In this document: piece by piece, positions 22,007 through 34,484 of the stretch
Numbering within the stretch: position 1 is the first letter of the stretch
Layout of the letters: each line of letters begins with the position of its first letter
From: Candidatus Tenderia sp.
Lineage (GTDB): Bacteria; Pseudomonadota; Gammaproteobacteria; Tenderiales; Tenderiaceae
Assembly (NCBI GenBank): GCA_031416075.1
Contig: JANOSY010000031.1
Span: 64,001-128,000 of the forward strand
DNA length: 64,000 nt
Direction: 5' to 3'
Position numbers and translations under genes: made by a program
Notes under the pieces: generated by a model
What the model saw: only the letters and a program-made list of their open reading frames with translations
Told to the model about the DNA's origin: nothing
The model's database searches: none

Positions 22007-22488
22007 TGGCTAATCAGATGACTAAAAGCAGAATCAGACTCTACCTACTGGTCAGCATCACAATGGGCGCTGCAGGTTGCAGCAACATCCCCATTCAAAC
22101 CACTCAACCTGCTCAACCTCAACCGATCCAATCTCAACCGGCTCAAACCCAACCTGCTCAACCTATTCAACCTATTCAACCTATTCAACCTGCTCAACCT
22201 GCTCAACCTGCTCAACGCAGCGCTGTTTCGGTACAGCTATTAACACAAGCCGAAACGCTGCAACAGAGCGGCAACCTCAGCGGTGCCATTGCCCAGGTCG
22301 AGCGTGCCGTGCGTATTGAACCACGCAATGCGTATGCCTGGTACAGGCTTGCCACACTCCAACTTGCCGCAGGTGATTTAAACAGGGCAGAACAGTTCGC
22401 CCGCCGCTCCAACCAATACGCAGCGGGCAACCGGGAGCTCATTGAGGCCAATCAGAAGGTGATGGATGAGGTGAGACGTTTGCGGTAA
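22006..22488 (+). CDS. TPR lipoprotein, LpoP-like PBP1B activator
   Basis: Lipobox AAGC, Q/P-rich linker, TPR ERAVRIEPRNAYAWYRLA; overlaps the mrcB stop. Confidence 0.8.
   Translation: MANQMTKSRIRLYLLVSITMGAAGCSNIPIQTTQPAQPQPIQSQPAQTQPAQPIQPIQPIQPAQPAQPAQRSAVSVQLLTQAETLQQSGNLSGAIAQVERAVRIEPRNAYAWYRLATLQLAAGDLNRAEQFARRSNQYAAGNRELIEANQKVMDEVRRLR
22150..22212 (+). repeat. Coding 9-bp tandem repeat, 7 units of CAACCTGCT/CAACCTATT
   Basis: Read directly; degenerate copies extend back to about 22105; encodes QPA/QPI. Confidence 0.9.
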
Positions 22489-22630
22489 TAATCAGCGGGA
22501 TAAAAACCGTCATGCCTGCTCTATAAGGTCACTCATATTTACCTACACCCACGATGTGACCATCTAACGCAGAAACACCGGCATATAGTTACTTCGGGCA
22601 GCTCCTGACAAACATAGTGAAAAGGAAAAG

Positions 22631-23755
22631 ATGAAACTCTCAACATTATGTCTCGGAAGTGTGGCTATCATCACGGCTTATAGCCATCCGGTTAATGCCG
22701 CTGCCCCCTCCTTTGATGCATAGGTAGTGAGCAACAACCCCATTACTGACGGTGCATGCCAGACTGGTTTTTCCTGTGGCACTGCCGTTGCGGACACCGG
22801 CTTTTATCAACGAATGGTAATTGACACGGTGGGGCAACAGTTTTTTCAAACCATCATCACCGAAAACAGCGCCAGTGATGCAGAGACACAAGCCCTGTTG
22901 GCACTATTTCAAACCACCGATAATACACAGACCAACACCGATCTACCCTGTCTGACTGAATATAGCTGTGGTGACAAAATCACTGGCCTGAATTTCCTTC
23001 AGCAAGAGATTACCAACGGTACGTCCATCTGATTTCAAACCGTCACCACAAATCTATCTGCCCCAATAAATAGTGAGAGTGGGCTATACCAACCAACACC
23101 ACACCACCTCTTCCATACAGAGGCCGGTCTGCTGTTAAAACCAGGCCAACACCTGGTTGCTGCCGCTGGCGACACATTGGCCGATACTCCGGCCAACCTA
23201 CATCTTGCCCGCACTGCGCTGATACCAGACCCTGACTACGTTGAACTGAACCAGCAGAGCGCAGCCGATCAGCAGATTTTTCGCATGGTCATGGATGTGC
23301 AGATTACTAACGTCATAACAGCGGCGGCGGCCAAATTATCAGCGCAGTTGAATGTGCCGCTGAACATGCCCGACAACTATGAATTACAGGCGCGCGTGTT
23401 AACCGCCGAAGGATGGATTGATTTTATCAGTGATGACCATAACCATATCGCTGCCGCACAAAGGCTGAGCAATGGTGATTGCCCGGAGGTGAGTTCTGCT
23501 CTCTACCAGAGCAAATTGAATGCAGGCAGTGAGTGTGTGCAAATCACCATCCAGGATGGTGGTGTTAATGATGGCGATAGCGCAACAGATGGCAATATCG
23601 CACTCATTCTCGGATCAGTATTGAAGAGAGTAGAACCTTTTTCAATACCACTTCCAAAAGATGAAGCAACACCATCTAACCAAGGTGGCGGAGCGTGGTC
23701 CTGGTGCATGTCACTGGTATTGTTGTTCAGATTGAGAAGATCAAAGATGGGCTGA
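22631..23755 (+). pseudogene. Secreted GlyGly-CTERM surface protein with two in-frame stops
   Basis: One frame from ATG 22631 (signal peptide MKLSTLCLGSVAIITAYSHPVNA) to TGA 23755, interrupted by TAG 22721 and TGA 23030; C-terminus CVQITIQDGGVNDGD...GGGAWSWCMSLVLLFRLRR. Confidence 0.75.
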
Positions 23756-24087
23756 GGGTGCGGATCAGTATGACAGCGAAGCGCTGTTTCAAGTATCATT
23801 AAAAATAACCAGCTATGTAGTTATTTCTTGGAACCGCGTACTCAAACTTTCACAAAACATATATAAAATACACTTGCCATTCATTAAAGCACCCCCGCCG
23901 AACATCCTGTCCAACAGGGTTTTATTACAGAGGCCTACAGCTTGCCTCAATCCGCATCATCCTTAACGCGTTTCACAACTTTGCTATTCAGTGCAATCTT
24001 TCCAATACTGCATCCATGCTTTTTATAACTTACATGTGGATTTAAAGAGTCATTCAGCTGGACCAGACGGCCCCACTATTTTTCAAG

Positions 24088-24552
24088 TTACTTCGGTCCC
24101 CAGTAAATTACGATAATAACTGCTGCTGCAAATATCAACGTAGCAACCACAAGCAGCCAGTTCGCAACCCGAGGGCTAAGTGTTTCACCCTTCGGCTCAT
24201 CGTGCACCTCTGAGGCAGCGATACTGTGATCATATGCGTGCTCTTTGTCGACAATGGGAGTATGGCCCATCGCAGACTTTACCTGATAAGGAAATGTGCC
24301 ACAGACATTGTTGTGCCCAGCGCCACAGGTACGATAGTTAAACAGTGTATACAGCGGGTCCCATCCTAAAATGGCAGTCAGCGACGGATACAACCCTATG
24401 AATATCAAATATACCTCTTTACCTACAAACTCATCACCCTGCATACTCAAAAACGGATATCCGATTACAAGCAGCGCAAGTACACCGCGTATAATTCGAT
24501 CATTAAGCCCGATATTTTGAACAGGACCCAATTTTTTTCTTTTAGCAATCAT
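24088..24552 (-). CDS. DUF2892/YgaP-like membrane protein
   Basis: QNIGLNDRIIR...TAILGWDPLYTLF...TC motif plus an extra C-terminal TM helix. Confidence 0.75.
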   Translation of the reverse strand: MIAKRKKLGPVQNIGLNDRIIRGVLALLVIGYPFLSMQGDEFVGKEVYLIFIGLYPSLTAILGWDPLYTLFNYRTCGAGHNNVCGTFPYQVKSAMGHTPIVDKEHAYDHSIAASEVHDEPKGETLSPRVANWLLVVATLIFAAAVIIVIYWGPK

Positions 24553-24786
24553 ATGAATTACACCTCAGTTAGTATGATCATCCATTACTACTTTAGCCAT
24601 TAATGAATTAAAAGTTCTGCTAGTTATCAGCCCTGCACAAACAACCTGTCAAAAATTTAATCATTGGCCACAAATGGGTAGAAGTTAACTACACAACCAC
24701 CGGATTTAAGCCCGATAAGTGTGTAGTAACATGGAATGAAACTACGTGTAGTGAAACATCACTATTCATTCACACATCACAGTGGA

Positions 24787-25368
24787 CTAGAAGCGGTATC
24801 CGCCACCCAGGTTCCATGCGTGAACATTGTCTTTTGTACCATCCACACCAGAGATATCTGTATATACCTGGTACTCGGCACGCAACATCCAGTTATTATC
24901 AAGGTCATACTTAAAGCCTGCACCTAAATAGGGTTTTGTGCTGTTCTTACTATCCACTCCCACATTTTGAACAGTTCCGCTATTACTAAGGTCATATCTG
25001 GCCATACCCAACCGACCAAAGAGACCAAAGCGATCGGCAAGTGGCAATGTTCCCAACGCACTGATCGTCCATGCACTGGCGTCTTGCTTGGCACTTACAT
25101 TATTGTCATCGGCATTAAACAGAGTTCCAAAGCTGGTATAACCAATCTCGGCGGCGATATTATTGCCAAACTCATAACCGACCTCACCACGCAGCGTGGT
25201 ATCAGAGCTATCGCAGTTAACGATGTTATCGCAGTATTTGCGCGCTTCTGCTTTGCCTACATCCAGCCCTAGATAAAAACCTGCGCCCTCAGCCTGAACA
25301 ACATTTGTACTCAATGCGCCCACTAGCGCGATACATAATGAGGTAGCTTTTGTTTTGTTATTTAACAT
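24787..25368 (-). CDS. OmpA-like 8-stranded outer membrane beta-barrel
   Basis: Signal peptide; GFYLGLDVG, AAEIGY, GAGFKY, LRAEYQ, terminal GYRF. Confidence 0.85.
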   Translation of the reverse strand: MLNNKTKATSLCIALVGALSTNVVQAEGAGFYLGLDVGKAEARKYCDNIVNCDSSDTTLRGEVGYEFGNNIAAEIGYTSFGTLFNADDNNVSAKQDASAWTISALGTLPLADRFGLFGRLGMARYDLSNSGTVQNVGVDSKNSTKPYLGAGFKYDLDNNWMLRAEYQVYTDISGVDGTKDNVHAWNLGGGYRF

Positions 25369-25696
25369 GGCAATTCCTTTTTAATGAAGGTTGGGAGAGT
25401 CATGGCAACCTAAAGAGATGGCCGTGGATCAAGAATAAGTTTGCCGGGAAAATTGGTCTGTGCGCTGTATAACATAGCGAAATAAAAACTGCGGGTGTGT
25501 GCTGATATCAGGCTGAGAAGACGATATAAAAGTCGCAAATACACAACTACAGGGGGGTGATAAAACTTCCAGATATTGACTATAAAATTGAGAATCATGT
25601 GCAATAAATGATTCACAAAAAACAGCTCACACTGTATATATCGCAGATCTTGCTATTCGGACCGGGAAAATAAAAACGGTATTAATACAACAGTAT

Positions 25697-25731
25697 TGAG
25701 CAGGATGATTACAACACCCCCATCCTGCTCA
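25697..25731. terminator. Hairpin downstream of the ABC-F gene
   Basis: TGAGCAGGATG / CATCCTGCTCA, 11-bp stem. Confidence 0.5.
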
Positions 25732-25763
25732 GCAGTTCACTCTGCACAAGTCAATAAAACTTA

Positions 25764-27359
25764 CTACTTGACCCCTTGGCTGCGTAGATACTCGTCATAA
25801 CTACCGCTGAAGTTGGTCACACCATATGGTGTCAATTCGATGATTCGTGTTGCCAGTGAGGAGACAAACTCGCGGTCATGGCTGACGAAGATGAGTGTGC
25901 CAGGGTAGTTCTCCAGCGCCAGATTGAGTGACTCAATCGACTCCATATCAAGATGGTTGGTCGGCTCGTCCATCACCAGAATATTGGGACGTTGCAACAT
26001 CAGCTTGCCAAACAGCATACGTCCCTCTTCCCCCCCGGAGATCACCTTGACCGACTTGCCTGTCTCATCGGAGGAGAACAACAGTCGGCCGAGGATAGCG
26101 CGGATCGCCATGTCATCATCACCGGGACGACGCCACTGGCTCATCCACTCAAACAGTGTCATATCCTGGGCAAACTCTGAGGCGTGATCCTGGGCAAAAT
26201 AACCGATGTTGCAGTTTTCTGACCACTTTACACTACCGCTGGTAGGCACCATGTTGTCACCCACCACTGCTCGCAACAGCGTGGTTTTACCGATGCCGTT
26301 GGGGCCGATGATAGCAACACGCTCACCTACTTCGATCATCAGGTTAAGATTTTTGAAGAGTGGTTTGTCATCATAGCTTTTGCTCAGCCCCTCCACCTCC
26401 AGCGCCAGACGGTAGAGTTTTTTCTCCTGTTCAAAACGGATGTAGGGATTCACACGGCTTGATGGTTTAACCTCATCCAGCTGGATTTTATCGATCTGAC
26501 GCGCACGTGAGGTGGCCTGTTTGGCCTTGGAGGCGTTGGCAGAGAAACGGCTGACGAAGTTCTGTAGCTCGGAGATCTGCGCCTTTTTCTTGGCGTTCTC
26601 AGAGAGCAGGCGCTCACGCACCTGGGTGGCTGCCATCATGTAGTCGTCATAGGTGCCGGGGTAGAGACGCAGCTCGCCGTAGTCAAGATCGGCCATGTGG
26701 GTACAGACGCTGTTCAGAAAATGACGATCATGAGAGATGATGATCATGGTGCTGTTGCGCTCATTGAGCACTGTTTCAAGCCAGCGGATGGTATTGATAT
26801 CAAGATTGTTGGTCGGCTCATCGAGCAGCATGATATCAGGATCGGCAAACAGCGCCTGGGCCAGCAGCACACGCAACTTCCAACCGGGTGCCACCGCGCT
26901 CATCAGACCAAGGTGCTGCTCAATAGGTATGCCAACCCCCAGCAGCAATTCGCCTGCACGTGATTCAGCGGTATAACCATCCATCTCGGCAAACTCCACC
27001 TCCAGCTCCGCCACCCGCATACCGTCCTCTTCACTCATATCCGGCAGCGAATAGATGCGGTCACGCTCCTGCTTCACCCGCCACAGTTCGGTGTGGCCCA
27101 TGATGACGGTGTCGATCGGTGTGAACTCTTCAAAGGCAAACTGCTCCTGCCGCAACTTGCCGACCCGCTGGTTAACATCCACCGAGACGTTGCCAGCCGT
27201 TGGCACCAGATCACCACCCAAAATTTTCATGAAGGTTGACTTGCCACAGCCGTTGGCGCCGATCAGGCCGTAGCGATTACCGCCGCCAAACTTGACCGAG
27301 ATGTTTTCAAAGAGTGGCTTGGCACCAAACTGCATGGTGATATTGGCTGTTGTGATCAC
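25764..27359 (-). CDS. ABC-F family ATPase (YbiT-like)
   Basis: Two NBDs ([18 protein letters not shown]), [32 protein letters not shown] linker, no TM. Confidence 0.93.
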   Translation of the reverse strand: MITTANITMQFGAKPLFENISVKFGGGNRYGLIGANGCGKSTFMKILGGDLVPTAGNVSVDVNQRVGKLRQEQFAFEEFTPIDTVIMGHTELWRVKQERDRIYSLPDMSEEDGMRVAELEVEFAEMDGYTAESRAGELLLGVGIPIEQHLGLMSAVAPGWKLRVLLAQALFADPDIMLLDEPTNNLDINTIRWLETVLNERNSTMIIISHDRHFLNSVCTHMADLDYGELRLYPGTYDDYMMAATQVRERLLSENAKKKAQISELQNFVSRFSANASKAKQATSRARQIDKIQLDEVKPSSRVNPYIRFEQEKKLYRLALEVEGLSKSYDDKPLFKNLNLMIEVGERVAIIGPNGIGKTTLLRAVVGDNMVPTSGSVKWSENCNIGYFAQDHASEFAQDMTLFEWMSQWRRPGDDDMAIRAILGRLLFSSDETGKSVKVISGGEEGRMLFGKLMLQRPNILVMDEPTNHLDMESIESLNLALENYPGTLIFVSHDREFVSSLATRIIELTPYGVTNFSGSYDEYLRSQGVK

Positions 27360-27462
27360 GGGAGTGTCCTGGAATTAAGGTCAAAAGTGGCGCACATTAT
27401 CGCACAGAATGGGCGGCAACCCTGCGCCTTTGAGGTGGGAAAATTAAAAGCTGGGAGCCATT

Positions 27463-27879
27463 TCAATCATCTGTGACCCGGCCACGCCCGGCCTTTATCT
27501 GCCCCTGGCGCTTTTTGCCCTCCAGCCGCCGTGTCTTGGAGGCGCGGGTTGGCTGGGTGGCCCGGCGGGTACGCTGGACCTCGGCAGCACTCTTGATCAA
27601 CTCCTGAAGTCGTTGCAACGCCTCTTCGCGGTTTTTCTCCTGAGAGCGAAATTGCTGCGCCTTGATGATGATCACACCCTCTTTGGTGATGCGCTGGTCG
27701 CGCAGGTTCAGCAAGCGCTCCTTATAGAAATCGGGCAGCGACGAAGCGTTAATGTCAAAACGCAGATGAATCGCGGATGAGACCTTGTTGACGTTCTGGC
27801 CGCCACTGCCCTGGGCACGGATGGCGCTGATCTCGATCTCGTTATCGGGGATGGAGACGTTGTTGGAGATCATCAGCAT
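27463..27879 (-). CDS. arfB: Alternative ribosome rescue peptidyl-tRNA hydrolase
   Basis: [10 protein letters not shown]; [10 protein letters not shown]; basic C-terminal tail. Confidence 0.95.
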   Translation of the reverse strand: MLMISNNVSIPDNEIEISAIRAQGSGGQNVNKVSSAIHLRFDINASSLPDFYKERLLNLRDQRITKEGVIIIKAQQFRSQEKNREEALQRLQELIKSAAEVQRTRRATQPTRASKTRRLEGKKRQGQIKAGRGRVTDD

Positions 27880-27915
27880 GCGGCTGCCTCTATATTAATA
27901 TACAACCACTATTGA

Positions 27916-27980
27916 CGTAGGGTGTGCTGTGCGCACATTGCCGTCCTCCAACAGTGTCCGTGCGCACAGCGCACCCTACG
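27916..27980. repeat. GTAG-family REP inverted doublet (REPIN-like)
   Basis: CGTAGGGTGTGCTGTGCGCAC...GTGCGCACAGCGCACCCTACG; 21-bp arms with one mismatch. Confidence 0.75.
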
Positions 27981-29364
27981 CTGGTTTGAACCACGCCAAC
28001 TGCTCATGCAGCTTTACTACCTCACCGATGATCAGCAGTGTTGGCGCGTGAATCTCATTGTCAGCCACGATCTGATGGAGTGTGGTGACGGTGCCGGTAT
28101 AGACCCGCTGCTGCTGCGTGGTGCCCTGCTGCACCAGCGCGGCGGGCATATCGGCGCTCATACCATGGGCGATCAGCTGTTGGCAGATGATGTCGAGCCC
28201 GGCCAACCCCATGTAGACCACCACGGTCTGGCGCGGCTGCACCAGCGTCTGCCACTCCAGATCCACAGTGCCATCCTTGAGCTGGCCGGTGACAAAGATA
28301 ACCGACTGGGCGTAGTCGCGATGGGTGAGCGGAATGCCGGCATAGCTGGCGCAGCCGGTCGCCGCCGTCACACCCGGCACCACCTGAAAGGGGATCCCCT
28401 CCGCCGCCAGGCCGGCAATCTCTTCACCGCCGCGGCCAAAGATAAAGGGATCACCACCCTTCAGACGTAATACCCGTTTACCCTGTTTGGCCAGCTCGAT
28501 CAGCTGCTGATTGATATCCTCTTGCCGCACGGCGTGGAAGGCGCGCTTTTTACCGACGTAGATCTGTTCCGCCTCGCGCCGTACCAGATCGAGAATCTGC
28601 GGCGAGACCAGACGATCATAGAGCACCACATCGGCCTGCTGCATCAGCCGCAGGGCGCGAAAGGTGAGCAGATCGGGATCACCGGGACCGGCGCCCACCA
28701 GATAGACCTCGCCCTTGGCAAGGCCATCAACATCGGCGTGATCGATGGCGTGTTGCAACGCCGCCTCCGCCTCTTGCCACTTATTGGCATAGGCCAGTTC
28801 GGCGACACTGCCTTGCAGCTGCTCTTCCCAAAAACGACGCCGCTGATCAAAACTTTTGAAATGGTTTTTCACCGGCCCACGGAAACGTCCCGCCAATTCT
28901 GCCAGACGACCATAAGCAGCCGGAATCAACGTCTCCAACCGGGCACGCAACAACCGCCCCAACACCGGCGAGGCTCCACCAGTGGAGACCGCGACGATAA
29001 CAGGCGAGCGGTCGATGATCGACGGCAGGATAAAGGTACAAAGCTCAGGGTGATCCACCACATTCACTGGCAGCCCTAACCGCTTGGCATCATTTGATAT
29101 TGTGGCATTAAGCGCACCGTCGTTGGTTGCTGCGATCACCAGCGCGCAACCGGCCAGCTGTTGCTGTTCATAGGTCGTTTTAAGCTGACTGATCACCCCG
29201 TCATCAAGCTGTTGTTGTAATACGGTGCACAGCTCAGGCGCCACCACCACCACGCTGGCCTGCGCCCGCAACAGCAGGCTCACCTTACGTGCTGCAATCT
29301 CACCACCGCCAACAACAAGTACCGGGCGTTTTTTGATGTCTATGAAAATCGGTAGGTAATCCAT
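27976..29364 (-). CDS. cysG: Siroheme synthase
   Basis: [47 protein letters not shown]. Confidence 0.97.
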   Translation of the reverse strand: MDYLPIFIDIKKRPVLVVGGGEIAARKVSLLLRAQASVVVVAPELCTVLQQQLDDGVISQLKTTYEQQQLAGCALVIAATNDGALNATISNDAKRLGLPVNVVDHPELCTFILPSIIDRSPVIVAVSTGGASPVLGRLLRARLETLIPAAYGRLAELAGRFRGPVKNHFKSFDQRRRFWEEQLQGSVAELAYANKWQEAEAALQHAIDHADVDGLAKGEVYLVGAGPGDPDLLTFRALRLMQQADVVLYDRLVSPQILDLVRREAEQIYVGKKRAFHAVRQEDINQQLIELAKQGKRVLRLKGGDPFIFGRGGEEIAGLAAEGIPFQVVPGVTAATGCASYAGIPLTHRDYAQSVIFVTGQLKDGTVDLEWQTLVQPRQTVVVYMGLAGLDIICQQLIAHGMSADMPAALVQQGTTQQQRVYTGTVTTLHQIVADNEIHAPTLLIIGEVVKLHEQLAWFKPA

Positions 29365-29427
29365 GACGCAGTCCTGTCAGAAGGGGGCAGTTCACCCCTC
29401 ACGAATGAGGGGGGATAAATGAATCTA

Positions 29428-30726
<1,299 letters not shown>

Positions 30727-30797
30727 TTAATTCAATTTCTTAGAGTTACTATATAACTTAACGAATTAGACTCAAAGCTATGCCAGTCATGGGTATG

Positions 30798-31172
30798 TTA
30801 TATCTGCCTGCCCACAACCACCCCCAGCCAGCAGCCACCCACACAGAGCAACAGGCTCAACACCATATTACTAACAGCCTTGAGATGCTCCCCCGTGTCG
30901 ATCAGCGCCAACGTCTCAATCGAAAAGGTAGAAAAGGTGGTAAAACCGCCCAGCACCCCAAGCAAAATGGCCGCCCGCCATTCTGGTCCCAGGCTCATGC
31001 GCTCAATCAGCACCACGGTCAACAACCCCATCAGCAGGGAGCCTACAACATTGACCGCCAGTGTGCCGTAGGGAAAACCACGCCCGGCGATGGAGTAGAC
31101 CCAGCTGGACATCAGGAAGCGCAACACCGAGCCAACAGCGCCACCAGCGGCGATGGCGAGCAGTTGGTTCAT
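30798..31172 (-). CDS. crcB: Fluoride channel FluC
   Basis: [27 protein letters not shown]. Confidence 0.96.
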   Translation of the reverse strand: MNQLLAIAAGGAVGSVLRFLMSSWVYSIAGRGFPYGTLAVNVVGSLLMGLLTVVLIERMSLGPEWRAAILLGVLGGFTTFSTFSIETLALIDTGEHLKAVSNMVLSLLLCVGGCWLGVVVGRQI

Positions 31173-32521
31173 GATGAGCTGTTGCCCCCTTTTGCCCGCG
31201 CCTGCCTATCCAACTCACGCAAGTGGCTCAGCTTATCGGCAATCTTATTCTCAAGTCCACGCGGTACTGGGTTGTAGTAGCACCGCTCACCCATCGCTTC
31301 AGGAAAGTAGTTTTCACCGGCGGCATAGGCATCGGGTTCATCATGGGCGTAGCGGTAGCTCTTGCCGTAACCGAGCTCTTTCATCAGTTTAGTGGGCGCG
31401 TTGCGCAGATGCACTGGCACTTCATAGGAGCCATGTTTTTTGATCTCGGCCATGGCTGCATTGAAGGCGGCATAAACGGCATTGCTCTTCGGTGCAGAGG
31501 CGAGATAGATCACTGCTTGGGCGATGGCCAGCTCCCCTTCAGGACTGCCAAGCCGCTCCTGTACATCCCAGGCGTTGAGCGCCACTTCAAGCGCCCGTGG
31601 GTCGGCATTACCGATCTCCTCGCTGGCCATGCGCACCACCCGTCTGGCGATGTAGAGTGGATCACAACCGCCGTCGATCATGCGCACAAACCAGTAGAGC
31701 GCGGCGTCGGGGCTGGAGCCACGCACCGACTTGTGCAGCGCTGAGATTTGATCGTAAAAGGCCTCACCGCCTTTATCGAAACGGCGTGGCGCGCCACCGC
31801 TGAGGATTTCATTGATCAGCTCTTCACCAATCACGTCACCCTCCTCCCCCGGCTGCGCCAGATCGGCGGCGATCTCTAAAAAATTGAGGGCGCGGCGGGC
31901 ATCGCCGTCAGCCACTTCGGCCAGACGGTCACGCAGCACTTCAGCCATTAACAATGGTTTACCGATACCGCGTTCGTGATCACTCAGGGCACGGTCGATG
32001 ATCTGACGAATCTCCTCAACACTCAGACTGCGCAGCACATAGACACGGGCCCGCGACAGCAGCGCGTTGTTGAGTTCAAACGAGGGATTTTCGGTGGTGG
32101 CGCCAATAAAGGTGAAGGTGCCATCTTCAACGTAAGGGAGAAAGGCATCCTGCTGCGCCTTATTGAAGCGGTGTACCTCGTCGACAAACAGCACTGTTGA
32201 ACGTCGCTCAACATCGCGGGCGTACTGCGCCTGTTCAACGGCGGCACGGATCTCCTTTACCCCACCCAGCACGGCGGAGATACTGAGAAACTGGGCATGG
32301 GCGCGATGGGCCAGCAATCTTGCCAGGGTAGTCTTGCCGGTGCCGGGCGGCCCCCAGAAGATCATGGAGTGGATGCGGTCGGCCTCAATCGCCTGCCGCA
32401 ACGGTTTGCCCGGTCCTAATAGATGGCCCTGGCCTACATACTCGGCCAGTGTTTGCGGACGCATGCGGTCGGCCAGTGGTTTCCACACTGGCGCACGGCC
32501 CTCATCCAGCAGGTCCCGCAT
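31169..32521 (-). CDS. rarA: Replication-associated recombination protein A
   Basis: [40 protein letters not shown]. Confidence 0.97.
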   Translation of the reverse strand: MRDLLDEGRAPVWKPLADRMRPQTLAEYVGQGHLLGPGKPLRQAIEADRIHSMIFWGPPGTGKTTLARLLAHRAHAQFLSISAVLGGVKEIRAAVEQAQYARDVERRSTVLFVDEVHRFNKAQQDAFLPYVEDGTFTFIGATTENPSFELNNALLSRARVYVLRSLSVEEIRQIIDRALSDHERGIGKPLLMAEVLRDRLAEVADGDARRALNFLEIAADLAQPGEEGDVIGEELINEILSGGAPRRFDKGGEAFYDQISALHKSVRGSSPDAALYWFVRMIDGGCDPLYIARRVVRMASEEIGNADPRALEVALNAWDVQERLGSPEGELAIAQAVIYLASAPKSNAVYAAFNAAMAEIKKHGSYEVPVHLRNAPTKLMKELGYGKSYRYAHDEPDAYAAGENYFPEAMGERCYYNPVPRGLENKIADKLSHLRELDRQARAKGGNSSS

Positions 32522-33159
32522 TATTTCTTGGTCGTCTCGTCGATCACATCCACCCCCTTAGGAATGGTGAATGCAAAGGTATCGGCAGCGACGCTGCTAT
32601 TGGTCTGTACGTTATCAAACTGAATGTCAGTCTGCTGACCAAAACCATCTTTAATCTCAAGACGATGGAGCTGTTTCTGTTTAAGCCCGAGCAGGATGTT
32701 TTCAAAGCCGCTCTCTTTGGCCTTGGGTGTCAGCTCAAACCACTGCAAACCGTCGTTGCGCTGCACCGTGCGGATCTTGAACTCACTCTCCAACTTGCTG
32801 CTATTACTGAGCAGTGATGCGGGCGAACCGGCCAGTGCCTGATCCTGAGATTTAACGGTTACCTGTTCAAGATCAACATCATAGAGCCAGACCTTTTTGC
32901 CGTCGGCCACGATTTCCTGCTCATAAGGGGCCTGGTAGTTCCAGCGGAACTTGCCAGGGCGTTGAATCACCAGACGACCCCGCATCTGCTGCTGCACATT
33001 GCGCTGCTGATCCAAAATCTCCTGGGTAAAATCAGCCTTCAGGGTTTTATAGCTGAACAGCGCCTTCAGCTCGGCCTCACCTTCGGCATGGACCAGCGGC
33101 GCAGCCATTAATAGAGACGCGGCCATCGTAAAACGGATAAATAACTTTTTCAGAGACAT
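32521..33159 (-). CDS. lolA: Outer membrane lipoprotein chaperone
   Basis: [36 protein letters not shown]; ATG 33159 preferred as start. Confidence 0.95.
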   Translation of the reverse strand: MSLKKLFIRFTMAASLLMAAPLVHAEGEAELKALFSYKTLKADFTQEILDQQRNVQQQMRGRLVIQRPGKFRWNYQAPYEQEIVADGKKVWLYDVDLEQVTVKSQDQALAGSPASLLSNSSKLESEFKIRTVQRNDGLQWFELTPKAKESGFENILLGLKQKQLHRLEIKDGFGQQTDIQFDNVQTNSSVAADTFAFTIPKGVDVIDETTKK

Positions 33160-33237
33160 ACAAATACCTATGTAAAATCGATCAAGCCGCAAGGGCAAAA
33201 CGCCCCTGACCCTTGCACATCACTAATGGAACAACCA

Positions 33238-34476
33238 TTACACCCTCCCAGCCCTGGGCAAAATAGTCTTCACGTAATCGTCCGTCGCATCAAAAACTGG
33301 TTCAACCTGATTAAACTTCATCATCAGAGGAATCACCTTCGTACGTACCCCCATGCCACGAGAATCGACATAGGCGTAATCACGAAGGATATCCATAATT
33401 AACGTATTTCGTGGCGATCGCTGCCCTGCGATCATCTTGCTAATAGTCATAGAGTTTTGAAATTTTCCGGGGCTAATAACTTCTAACCGGTCCGAGTAAT
33501 TGGTTACTTCTATGTCTACCGCCCTAGTCCAGTCACGATGCGCCAGAGCATTGACGACCGTTTCGCGAACCGCTTCCCAAGGATAAAACTCTATCTTTTC
33601 TCGGCGCATGTGTTCGTCAATGCTAGCCGCCTCTAGTGTAATAAAAGGAGCTATGGCTGCCGCGAACTTTTCGATCAGGCCTTCATCGACCAACTGTTTC
33701 CCCCCAGTCTCGTTGATTTTCCATCTCCCAACGAGCGGCGCATCCAGCACTATATCCAGCAAAGCTTGGTACTCTTTTTCTGCCCCGGCAAAGGCCATTA
33801 CGCGCAATCCTGCTTGCCGAAGAAATCGCCGTGGATTGATTCCGAAACAGATCAATCCGGCTACTGAGCAAACTGTATTCCCGAGCCCATCGGAAGCCAT
33901 CAGGCCAAGGCCCAATAAACGTTCCTCCCATACTGAGTCTAGCGTGGGAACATCAGGGTCGTTTATTATGTTCGATAGGTAATAGTGCAGTCTCTCCAGG
34001 TCAAGATCAGCCAAAGAGGTCCCCGCCACAGGAAGGACTTCAACATGTAGTAGTCCTCCGCTTTCAAAAAGCCGCAACTGTTGTTCTCGGGAAGCCAGTT
34101 CTGAACGATTCCCCATGCGGATGTAAATCTCTTCGCGATTGTTATGTTTCAACATGTAAGGTTTGGAAATGCCGGACGCAATCGTAATAACAGCAACTTG
34201 GTGCTGATCATCAATCTTTATCTCCTCATAAAAGGGGATAATTTGAGGAAAGATTTTGTCACGAAATACATTCAGAACCCATTCCTGGGTATTCTTTTGT
34301 TGGAGCCCTGATATTGTTCCATCATCCTCAACGCCGAGGATCAACCTGCCACCTTGAAGGTTTGCCAAGGCTACTATTTCTTTGGCTAACTGTTCTGGAC
34401 GAATATCGTCACGTTTGAATTCCACCCCGGAATTTTCACCGTTAGCGATGATTTCCAATAATTCAGCTTTTAACAT
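33238..34476 (-). CDS. Schlafen/AlbA_2 domain plus HATPase_c_4 ('RecG C-terminal'-like) protein
   Basis: GENSGVEFK, ALANLQGGRLILGVEDDG, YIRMG; RETVVNALAHRDW, EVISPG, PRN, DSRGMGV; no C-terminal HTH visible. Confidence 0.85.
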   Translation of the reverse strand: MLKAELLEIIANGENSGVEFKRDDIRPEQLAKEIVALANLQGGRLILGVEDDGTISGLQQKNTQEWVLNVFRDKIFPQIIPFYEEIKIDDQHQVAVITIASGISKPYMLKHNNREEIYIRMGNRSELASREQQLRLFESGGLLHVEVLPVAGTSLADLDLERLHYYLSNIINDPDVPTLDSVWEERLLGLGLMASDGLGNTVCSVAGLICFGINPRRFLRQAGLRVMAFAGAEKEYQALLDIVLDAPLVGRWKINETGGKQLVDEGLIEKFAAAIAPFITLEAASIDEHMRREKIEFYPWEAVRETVVNALAHRDWTRAVDIEVTNYSDRLEVISPGKFQNSMTISKMIAGQRSPRNTLIMDILRDYAYVDSRGMGVRTKVIPLMMKFNQVEPVFDATDDYVKTILPRAGRV

Positions 34477-34484
34477 GGTTGGCC

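Noticed and set aside
22105-22216. Short repeats as a CRISPR-like array
   Set aside because: Contiguous 9-bp coding units with no spacers and no cas genes.
22721-23032. Pyrrolysine or selenocysteine read-through, or an alternative genetic code
   Set aside because: TAG and TGA act as normal stops throughout the window; the context favours Trp; no evident SECIS-like hairpin follows the TGA.
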